Shown here in pieces: positions 53,907-64,000 of a stretch of DNA of 64,000 bases. A program made the position numbers and the translations under genes. The notes beneath the pieces were generated by a model, which saw only the letters and a list, made by a program, of their open reading frames with translations, did no database searches and was not told the origin of the DNA. Source of the stretch: Octopus sinensis (Eukaryota); assembly GCF_006345805.1 (NCBI RefSeq), contig NC_042999.1:101060001-101124000 (forward strand), read 5' to 3'. Within the stretch, counting starts at the first letter, position 1, and every line of letters begins with the position of its first letter.

Positions 53907-54480
53907 TAAATTAGAGATAAAACCACTATTAGGCAAATCAAACAATGAAAAACATAAGCCAATACATAAAATTAATTAATTTATATTATTTTAAATATAT
54001 ATCAAAAGTATTAAAAGTTTAATAAAAGATAATGAGTGAAACACTACGATCGTTTCATGGCTGTCCAATTCGTAATAATTCGAGTTATGGTTACAGTCAA
54101 TCTTCAGGTAATTGAAATATTTATCTTAGCGAGGTTTAACAATGTTAAACCTCGCTAAGATAAATATTTCAATTACTGTAACCAAAGATTGACTGTAACC
54201 ATAACTCGAATTATACGAATTGGACAGCCATGAAACGATCGTAGTGTTTCACTCATTATCTTTTATTAAACTTTTAATACTTTTGATATATATTTAAAAT
54301 AATATAAATTAATTAATTTTATGTATTGGCTTATGTTTTTCATTGTTTGATTTGCCTAATAGTGGTTTTATCTCTAATTTAATATAATATAATATTTTAC
54401 TATAAAATTGGATTTAATCCTAAATCTGATTTTTCCCTGTAAGTTTGGATTTATTCCCTAATATTTTATTATTAATTTAT
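53898..54480. mobile_element. Near-perfect ~490-bp palindrome (53898-54390) formed by head-to-head PLE-like repeats (family U)
   Basis: Arms 53898-54140 and 54144-54390 with an AAT spacer; the plus arm continues to (TA)n at ~54480. Confidence 0.85.
54039..54114 (-). ncRNA. HHR-like motif in the left palindrome arm (core intact; broken in the right arm)
   Basis: CAATTAC-CTGAAGA-T-TGACTGT[..]ACAGCCA-T-GAAAC-GATC-GT-A-GTGTTT; stem I is weak. Confidence 0.55.
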
Positions 54481-55028
54481 ATATATATATATACACTTAT
54501 TTATTTATTTATACTTTATTTAATTATTTATTTAGAAGGTTGTTTGTTATAGCTGGTCAGAGAATGATCATTGGTTTTGCACCTATATACATACATGCAT
54601 ACATATATATATATATATATTATATATAATATATATATATATACACATACATACATACGTATGTATGTATGTGTGTGTAAGTCAATTTGTTGTACATGAT
54701 AAGGCACATCAAGCTAAGTAAAATCACTAACTTCCATACATACAGGCTTGTCTTTTCAGTTGCCGGTGCCACTTAAAAAGCACCCATGCCAGTGCTGCAT
54801 TAATGCACCTATACCACTGCTATGTAAACGCATCCATGCTGGTGGCACATAAAAAGTACCCAGCACACACTGTTAAGTGGTTGCCATTAGGAAAGGCATC
54901 TAGCTGTAGAAACCATATCACAACAGACAGTTGGAGTCTGGACAACTGCCTGCTAGCCAGCTCCATCTGAAGCCATCCAACCCATGCCAGTATGGAAAGT
55001 GGATAATGATGATGATGATGATGTTGTA

Positions 55029-55071
<43 letters not shown>

Positions 55072-56499
55072 GTGTATATGCACGTATGTCTCTATATATA
55101 TATAATTAATCAAGCCTGAATATTAGCTATAGCTACAATGCAGCAGCAACAGACCAATTCCCTTGCAAATCAAATAATCCTTTCCAAACAATATATATCT
55201 GGGCTGTTGAGATATTGCCTCCTAGCTACCAATTGAAAACAGCCTCTTGAAATTAGATTTCTTGGGGAGATTGAAAATAGTTCCTGACAGAGAGGAATGT
55301 CTTTTCAATGTGAGAATCCAGATAGACTTTTATTTGATGTATTAAATTATACATCTAATACAAATCCACTTCAAAGTGCTAGATAAAGAAAAAGCTGAAA
55401 GTTTTTGTAGACTCTAATTTCACATCAATACGTTCCTATTAATATTGACCAGCTTGGGTTTGATTTAACATTTAAAGTTATTGGTATCCAGCAATCTATC
55501 TTTCTATCTATAGCTAATGAAGGAGGATTTACATGGTCTCTCGATATGCTAAAAATAGCAGCCAAGTGTTTCTTGAATCATAATTTAAAATAAGGACATA
55601 TTCCAAATGGCAGCTCTTATTTCAATTCATAATGAAATAAACCGACAAGGAAGGTTTTATGTGGTTGTCCAACCTGTTACAAATAGCAGCCAGAACTCAA
55701 CTGTATTCCTTCTCCTTCAGGGACTGATTAATTCAGTGCTCTACGAAGTCTGCTATCCACAGCCAATAAAATTATTATTATTATTGAGTGAGAGAGCAAC
55801 ACATACCATCAAAGTGACATTGAAATACAAATATACAAAGCTCAATATACCCATCATGACTACTCATGTAATAAAGATACACTAGGCACATGCATCACAA
55901 CCATATGCATTTGACATGATGATCTCATATCAAGATAAACTGCACATAACCTTGCAGGTGGGGGCCCAGTTAGAATTTTCTCCATCCTGCTCAAAAGGTC
56001 TCTAAATAAGGTTTGTTTAAGGATGATGAAAAAAACACCTGTTTTCAGTGGTGAATTATTCAAACCCCAAAGAATTTTTCTCAACATATGGCTATGATGC
56101 TCCCCCACTACTCCTGCTCATGATCAGAGAAACACATGTTGTCAGCCACTAAGGGTCATACTTCACTGGTGAAGGTCAAGTATCTAATAAGCAAATCTGT
56201 GGTACTGAGCAAAATAAAAACAGCCACCATGTATTGGTAGTCACCTCTAAAAAAGCTTTTGATTGATCTAAATTGATCAGGATCCCATGTCAAGTTCTTT
56301 ACACACCCTCTCCATGATGTATTGCATGAAGTAGAGGTTGTTGGGAATAGATTTGTTCAGGATAGCACAAGTTGGTGTAACACTAAGTAGGCCACCATAG
56401 ATGAAAAGTGCCAATCAGAAATAAACATTATATGAGATTTGAATTTTAAAAAATATGCCAACACAACATTGAAGGAAGGTAAATTAATCCAGAATACTA

Positions 56500-58720
56500 A
56501 TATCATTCTAGATAAAGCAGCAGAAATAAGATTATCAAAACAAACACAAATTTACAAATACTTAGGAAATCAATGAACTAAATGGTATGCAACACATAAT
56601 TAACAGAAAAGTTTAAGAATAGAATATATTAAATGCATTGGATTAATACTTAAGAATAGAGCTAACCAGAACAAGAAATAAAGTAATAGGCGATAATACA
56701 TTAGCTGTTCCAGTAATAAGTTTTGGTCTTAATAATACCCTTGGATGTTAAACAAAAATAGCAAGACAAGATATGAAAAATAAGAATGATTGTGGTTGGA
56801 ATACACTAGCCACAATATGACACAGAAATATATTCACCATGTGGTAAAGGTTTTATGCAACCAAAAAAAGAAACAGTGCTATAAAATATTGTTGAAAGAC
56901 TACAAAAATATTTAGCAAAGATTAATGGAAAACAAACAAAATAGTTATGCAATACAAACAAAATATATAATTGTCTTCAAGAAAGCCAACAAATACAAAA
57001 CAAAGGCTGAAATGACAATCAATTGTGAACAGAAAGAAAGAAAAAACAACAGATATCATGAAAAAGCTAAAACCTCAGCTAAAATGCTAAAACACTGAAC
57101 TAATGTGAGAAAAAGTCCCTGCATGATTAATACTTGAAAATAATTGGACAGGATGAAAATAAACAAAGAAAATTTGGAACACATGGCTCAAAGCATTCCT
57201 ACCAGAAGCCTTCGAAAGAATGTACTGAACCAGAATTCATTAAGTAATTGCAGAATATATGGAAGTTAGGAAGAATCAGTCAAATAAAGATTCCTAATCT
57301 TAGCTAAGAAAGAACATATTTGCAGGTTGGGGATTTCATACACTGGCAGTTGTGTCAGCATTATAAAATCATCATGATCCAGTATGCCACACCATCAAGA
57401 GCCATTTGAATTCTGCATTTTTGCAACATTTGGGGTGAGAAATCTGTAAAGTATCACTCTGCATCAGACACAACTTTCGCTCAGTGAAATGGAGTTGCGT
57501 TGCACAATGCAGTGCCTTGCTCAAGGACCCAACATGCCAGTTAGTCCAAAAATTTAATCTACAACCTAATAAATCACCAGCTAATAAAATACTTGTCGCC
57601 CTTTTCAAGCCTAGCCAAGCTCATTTTGCCCGGTTTCCCGGTTTCTATGGCATATGTGTTCCCCACAGCTGGACGGGACGCCAGTCCATCACAGCGTTAC
57701 TCAAGAAACAGGAAGAGAGAGTGAGAGAAAGTTGTGGTGAAAGAGTACAACAGGGGTCACCACCACCCCCTGCCGGAGCCTCATGGAGCTTTTAGATGTT
57801 TTCGCTCAATAAACACACACAATGCCCGGCCTGGGAATTGAAACCGCGATCCTCTGACCATGAGTCCACTGCCCTAACCACTGGGCATTGCGCCTCCACT
57901 AATAAAATACTAACAGGAAAGAAGTGGAATAAACATACAGCAGATGTCTCAGAGAATGACAATGCAACCATAATCTGCACTTTCTTAATCAGCACAAACA
58001 GTGGGACCAGAGTTAATCAGATAAATATCATCAGAAAGAATCGCCAAGAAAAGAAGTGCCTCTTATTCAAAGTATCAGTTCTATAAGATGATAAGCTATC
58101 TCTCAAAGAGATGGAGAAACTATCCAAATAACTAGAAACTAAGATATAATGAATGACAAGACTGAAAGTAAAAACAATCACTTCAGAATTATCAAAAAAT
58201 TAAAAAAAAACCACGCACACACAGACATGTATGTCATCACAATTTCATGGCTTATAAATATGTACAACACACAGAAACTATCGCTATTAGGTACTACAAA
58301 CAAACTACAAGGAGTACTCTCAGTACAACAGAAAGTATGAAACCAAAACAAAACACGACACATATCCAAGGTATACAAAGTTGCATTTAGTAAAGTAACG
58401 AAATAAAGAGGGGGGGGCGACGACGATGACAACAACCACCACCACCAAGAGTGCATTATCATAGATGTGACTATATCTATGGATATGAATGTAGTAGTCA
58501 AAGAACAGAAGAAAACAGGAAAATGCCAGGGTCTGGCTAGAAAAGTGTGAAGACTGTGAAGGGTTTCTACAAAAGTAATCCCAGTCGTTATAGGTGCCTT
58601 AGGTACTGTCACAACAGATATGACAATTTTCTTGTTGAGAGTAGTGTATCTACAAGAGTTGCATAAATTTAGAAGTCTGCTCTATTGAAAATAGCAAGGA
58701 TTGTAATGAAGGTTCTCAAT
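56500..58720 (+). mobile_element. Highly decayed R4/Dong-like LINE (RT C-terminus, CCHC, RLE endonuclease), interrupted by SINEs
   Basis: YKYLG..EY..ELT..NKVIGDNTLAVPVISFG; QSIPTRS..CRI; IIDVTISMDMNVVVKEQKK..VIPVVIGALGTV. Confidence 0.7.
57598..57899 (-). mobile_element. tRNA-derived SINE with a GATGGACTGGCGTCCCGTCCAG block (V-domain-like)
   Basis: Head GGCGCAATGCCCAGTGGTTAGGG..GGTTTCAATTCCCAGG; central block resembles V-SINE cores as I recall them, not checked by search. Confidence 0.65.
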
Positions 58721-58795
58721 CTCTAAGGAAACTGGTTGTGACCTAGTATCCAAGACATTGATTCCAAATGCAAAACATTCATGCACACCATGAAA

Positions 58796-58827
<32 letters not shown>

Positions 58828-58954
58828 TAATAATAATAAAAGGTATAGATATGCTAGTCATACTAGTCATATAGCTTCAATATAATAAATCAAAATGACA
58901 TTATTTACATTATTTACATTTTGACGGATATTTGTCCTCATCTTGTTTGTTGTT

Positions 58955-58999
58955 AACACAATGTTTCAGTTGATATACCCCCAGCCTTCATTAGGTGTC
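58955..58999 (-). ncRNA. Decayed minimal HHR (family T, G5->A)
   Basis: GACAC-CTAATGA-A-GGCTGG..CAACT-GAAAC-ATT-GTGTT. Confidence 0.55.
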
Positions 59000-59094
59000 T
59001 TGGGGAAATTTCAAACCTAGGTTCTCATTCTTAAGGTATTTTCGATGTTGTTATTATTATTATTATTATTATTATTGTTATTATTATTATTATT

Positions 59095-59169
59095 CAGGTC
59101 ACAGCCTGGGATCAAACTTAGAATCTTGGAGTTAGTAGCCCACACTCTTAACCACTACGCCATATGACT
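59095..59169 (-). other. tRNA-like module (not a functional tRNA gene)
   Basis: GTCATA-TGGCGTAGTGG (A box)..CTACTAA loop..AGTTTGATCCC (decayed B box)..TGTGAC acceptor-like pairing. Confidence 0.6.
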
Positions 59170-59405
59170 GTGGGCAATTATGAAGTGAATTTTAGGGCTT
59201 ATAGATCTAATATTTTCCTATCCTTCCTTAATACTGGTTCCCATGTGCTGCTCATATCTGCACTCGGTCTGCTTAGGAGGTTGTTGTGTCCTAGCATATG
59301 TGCTGTTTCTTTTAGTTTTCGTATTTTCCAGTGGTGTTCTCTGTCTATTATTTTAACTTCATCCAACAGGGGGACCACCTCCCCCAGTGGGATAAAGTAA
59401 CCTGA

Positions 59406-59453
<48 letters not shown>

Positions 59454-59500
59454 TTGAAAAATACCTTAGGAATGAGAATCCAGGTTCAAAATTTCCCCAA

Positions 59501-59546
59501 GACACCTGATGAAGGCTGGAGAGTCTATCAGCCAAAACGTTGTGTT
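59501..59546 (+). ncRNA. Minimal HHR (family T, G12->A in this copy)
   Basis: GACAC-CTGATGA-A-GGCTG[..]CAGCC-AAAAC-GTT-GTGTT; together with 58955-58999 it reconstructs an intact core. Confidence 0.65.
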
Positions 59547-60029
59547 AACAACAAACAAGATGAGGGCAAATATCCATCAAATGTAAATGATACAAATAAT
59601 GTACATAATTCCTCAAAAAAATTGAAAAATTTAAATTAGAAAAACCAGGAAACCACTGATGACATACTGAAGCCAACATTCCAGAGCAGATGCAGGCAAA
59701 ATATACCTATCCCACACACAAGGACAAAATATACCAACTCCGTATACATTTCTGACACAAATAGAAAACTTCTTTATAGTAACAATTGGACTAGACAAGA
59801 ATTTCGAAATAAATAATGTAAGATTCATAAATGCAATAAAGAAATGTGTAAAATACAAAAATCTCTTCTCTATACACAAAAAAACGTAGTTAAATATAAA
59901 GCAGAAACTGACTACCCTAAAAAAAATAAATTTTGATAATGCAACAGAAATGGTTAAAAAAATAATAAATCATAATAAATGATAAATAAAATAAAATAAA
60001 ATAAAATTACAAAAAATACTCAAGAAGAA

Positions 60030-60530
60030 ATGGAGAGAAAAAACACTCCAAAGCCAGTATCCTACAAGACTCAAAGGAGAAGTAAGCAAAAGTGAAAGTT
60101 GACAGTGGCTCAAAAGCTCCCGCTTAAAAGCAGAAATAGAGGAACTGATACTTGCTGCACAAGACCAATGTCTGATCAAGAGCAACTGTGAAAATAAAAT
60201 CATGAAAATGAACTCTAACACCAAATGCAAAATGTGCAACTAGCATAGTGTTACACTTGACCATATCATCTCCAGTTTCCCAGTCCTTGCTAAATCTGAA
60301 TATATACACAGGCAGCTACATCCACTGGTCAATATGCAATACCTGGATGTGTAAACAAGAAGTGATAGAAGCATGTACCTAACACAGTACATGACAACAA
60401 CCTGATCAGAATAATCTGAGATATGCCTTTCCAAACTGACAAAGAGATCGCATTAAGCCATCCTTACATAATAATAAAAGATAGGAAAGCAAACAGATGC
60501 ATATTGACACTGTCCAAAAATTAGTTCTGC
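60030..60530 (+). mobile_element. R4/Dong-like LINE fragment (pre-RLE region with CCHC knuckle)
   Basis: WREKTLQSQY..QWLKSSRLKAEIEELILAAQDQCL..CKMCN..TLDHIIS.FPVLAKSEY. Confidence 0.8.
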
Positions 60531-62180
60531 AAGGAAGAGCCCACATCTTGTACAAAACACTTTCAATTCAATAGAATAGCTCAAATAGGACAATTTTCAC
60601 ATACAGCACACAGCCTATACAATAAGCGTCTAATAATCTAAAACAACACAACTTGCACAATGTATCATATGCAAAATTAAGCACCAAATAAAATAACATA
60701 ATATACACTACACACAACAAAACGAACACTAAACCCCAGAGCAAAACAAGCTAATGCAGTACACCAACAGGAGGAGTCCACACACCCTTAATCTCTACAA
60801 AAATAAGAACACAATGCTGCACACACCTAAGGAACATGAAGGTACACCATGTGGTGGAGTAGAAACTCACATGAAACTACCAAAGAAAAAAAATAATACT
60901 TATAATCAAAACGACTATAAATAAATTCATTAAATATGCAGAATCCCTATTGTTTGTGAAAGCTATCAGATTTACTTGATTATAGTTTCTTTTAGAGAAA
61001 GAAAAAGATCAGCCAACAAATTGTCAATCCTAAAATGTAATATATGATATTAGAATTAGGATTTTTTTTTTCAACCATGAAACGATCTAAAAATAATTTT
61101 ACAGTATAAATTTTTTGTTCCTCCTAATATTTTGGGCAATTTTCTGAACAGTTTTACATTAAGGGGTTGGAAATCTATAAAAGAAAGGGGAAGCGAGAAT
61201 TTATTGATTTATTGTTGTTTATTTATAAAGCCTGGATTGCCTATTGATCCACAGAAGCAATTGTTCTTCTCAGGTTATGTTAAAGACTTAAGTAATACTT
61301 ATGCCAATAGCCCATAAGTAAAAACATTTTTTCTGCACAACCATTCTATCAAATTATTTGTAACAATGGTTTCTTTTACAGCCCTGGCTCTTACTGCTCA
61401 ACATTCATTTCATTATTGATTGATAGTAAGGACATAGCATTTCGTTTTGCAACCATGATATGCTACCAAGTATATTAAAGGTTTTATAAGTCAACATTGT
61501 GTCTTACCTTTTGTGTCAGCAGTGCAATATTCTAATTTTTAAGTTTGCCTCCATAACTTTTCTATAGAATTCAGAGCCAGCACTCTCATAACTTACAGTG
61601 GTTCTGAATTCTATAAAAAAATCCTTTCATTATATATCATTACACTTTTTCATAAGCATAATAAACATATCATTTTTAGAATTAGATTTTTAGTTGTATA
61701 TGTTACCAGATCAGACTTTTATTTCTGTTGCTCCTCAGTTTAGTAAGTAAGAGCTCTTACCATCAATCCTTAAACATAATCATCCTTTGAGTAACCCTTA
61801 TCAATCATTACTATAGCACTTCAGTTATTTACCTGATATTATCAAGCCTTTAATCACTGGCTTATTATGCTGAAGTACAGTGTTAATTTTTGTAGGGGCA
61901 GGTCGTCATGGTCCACTGAACCTTTATCAGTTTATTACAGGCAAAAAAGACAGCCAGCCAAATGACTAAGGCAGTGGACATCTAACCAAGAGATCAATGA
62001 TTTGTATCCTGTCATCTTCATTACACTGTATCTAATGTCAGGACACTTATCTTCCAAATACTTGTAAATGAGTATTTCAGGGAAACAATACACCACCTAA
62101 AGCAGCAGAGCAATGAAAACCATTAAATGAGTCATCAGCCAGAAGGCAATGAGAAATTACTCCAGCATAAACTTCCTTAA

Positions 62181-62394
62181 CCCTTTAATGTTCAGATTAC
62201 TCTGTTAAATGTAATGCTTTTTCACTCAAATTGTTTTGAATTAATTATACATTATCTCATAGCTTTGAAATCTCAATGATGTGAATATTTTTTGAATGTC
62301 AATGTAGGTTAGGTGCGAGAGGCTAGATATGGCTAGTTGAAATATAAAATGTAGAATATTTGGGCCAGATGTGGCCGGTTTAAACACTAAAGGG
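62181..62394. mobile_element. piggyBac-type MITE, 214 bp, with TTAA target duplications
   Basis: TTAA|CCCTTTAATG..CACTAAAGGG|TTAA; homolog of 33305-33524. Confidence 0.85.
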
Positions 62395-64000
62395 TTAAAA
62401 TAACAAGATGAATTCTTCAACCCAAAGGCTTACAAGACACTTGGTGATATTATTAGCACTTTGCAAGTATAAAATGTATTCATAAATTCATCAAAAGTTG
62501 AACTTGGAAAACAAAGAGATCTTACTAGATCCACTGTAGCATACAGTCTGTTCTACACTCTAGTCACCTTTAATTATTATCATCAACCTTCATTTATTGC
62601 AACAATGATTCTCATATATAAATGTTCTTAAAGAAGTATTATTCAATATTCAATTATTAACATTTTCTAACTACTGCTTGTCAATAATTAACATCTCTGA
62701 GTCATTAAATTTTTTTATAATAATTGACATCTGTGCCAATGAAGGTAACAGTACTGTCACTGTCAGAAGTGAAGTCAGATATTTGGCAACAGCCCACTGG
62801 CAATAGCAGTTTAGAATTTATGTTATCTTTAAATGCATAAATGAGCTGTCTCCAAAAACCTCTGAGGCTTATTAAACTGGTGATTAGTGCTACACTGAGA
62901 AGTATTAAGTAGTCAAGAAGTGAATCTTTCGTATGCAAGGTTATATTCCTAGAGGATCTTATGCTTATTTCTCACAAATGAGGAAATTAAAATATGCAGA
63001 ATTAAATGTCCTTGGACAGTATTAAACAACAGCAGCATAATTAACCCAAGACACAGTCAATACATTTTGCATTTTTCTCTAATTAAGTGCTAAAAAAGTA
63101 ACTGTTATAAAAAACAGGATTAGATAAATCGCAAAATATAAACACTACAACATATCTTAGAAACAAGACACCTAGCTAATGACTTTATAGTATGAAGTTT
63201 GTATGCTAACCGGTTAATTTAGCCATGTTTCAAAAATTCATTTAGATACTTATTAATGAATGATAGATACCATTTCTAGAGTCTGCTTCACCTAAAAAAT
63301 AAGAATTCAGCTTCCTCACAATTTGAAGCTCCTGTAAATACAGAGAAGCTCATACCCTGCTATAAAAATATTAGGCAGTAAACAGCATTTATATATTTTA
63401 GGCTGATTAATATAAATGACCTTTCTGGTACTGCTTGATAAGAAGTAAAACAAAGAGGCTTAAAGTAGTGGCTAGACCCTAAACTCATTTGACCATAGGG
63501 AGAGCACTAAAATTCCATTTCATTTGGTGCATCTTAGGTATATGATCTTTCTCTAAGCTATACTTACAGTAAGAGTTATAAGCCACTTGTCAATCTAATG
63601 CAGTTTGCCAGTAATTTCATCTACATTTTTTGCTATGTTTTCAATATTTTCTATTCAGTTTACATGGTTGTTATTTCACATAAAGTACATGAGAATTTTT
63701 AGTGCTGTTCATATTATTTTATGCATATTCAGAATTTTTGAAAGAGTAAATGAAATAGATAAGAACATCTGAAACTCTTATACATTTTATCACTCAACAT
63801 TTTATCATTAAGAATTGTTTGGCAGTAACACTCTTAGGTCAGAGTAAAGATTTCATTCATAAAAATGTTCTTTAATAGATCAACTATTAAAAATTACCTG
63901 GGCTCAACATTACATTTTGACCTTAATGTATTTTCTGAACTCTGTTGCTGTTTTGTCTTTAGTCAGCTTTGATCAAGAAACCTATGCCGAAAGTTGTGCC

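Larger units (their letters stand above)
58900..59630. mobile_element. PLE remnant (family T): minus-strand EN C-terminus, tRNA-like module, (AAT)n, HHR, plus a 5'-inverted repeat copy
   Basis: PLLDEVKIIDREHHWKIRKLKETAHMLG..LLSRPS..WEPVL..* (59375-59198); 58914-59093 is the reverse complement of ~59396-59600. Confidence 0.7.

Noticed and set aside
59095-59169. Possible tRNA gene here and at SINE heads (8123, 17086, 47251, 57899)
   Set aside because: Decayed arms, no T-run terminator, and embedding in repeats indicate tRNA-derived modules.
61508-61610. Minus-strand segment with TTTTTTATAG acceptor and GTAAGAC donor
   Set aside because: Stops in all frames and no similarity to upstream TULP4 exons.

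Overview
AT-rich, repeat-dense eukaryotic genomic DNA. The SINE/LINE/Penelope repertoire suggests an octopod cephalopod (inference, not a database result). I can support only one host coding exon: a 165-bp phase-0 exon of TULP4 on the minus strand (40155-40319). I found no neighbouring TULP4 exons, so most of the window is probably very long TULP4 intron. The rest is decayed mobile DNA: tRNA-derived SINEs, RTE, CR1-like and R4/Dong-like LINE relics, Tc1/mariner relics (one full-length mariner), Helitron pieces, piggyBac-type MITEs, a young 1.9-kb foldback element, and many Penelope-like element (PLE) fragments. The strongest unexplained signal is about 11 minimal type-I hammerhead-ribozyme (HHR) motifs from about 7 unrelated repeat families. 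They include intact cores, a G3:C8 covariant core, a U6 core, and one motif lying downstream of a tRNA-like module in a PLE terminal repeat. Most of these PLE repeats end in (TA)n tracts, three pairs share one tract tail-to-tail, and many carry a 5'-inverted copy that forms a long hairpin. Most listed ORFs are microsatellite or repeat artefacts. No rRNA, bona fide tRNA gene or CRISPR array was seen. All family assignments come from motif recognition by eye; boundaries of decayed repeats are approximate.
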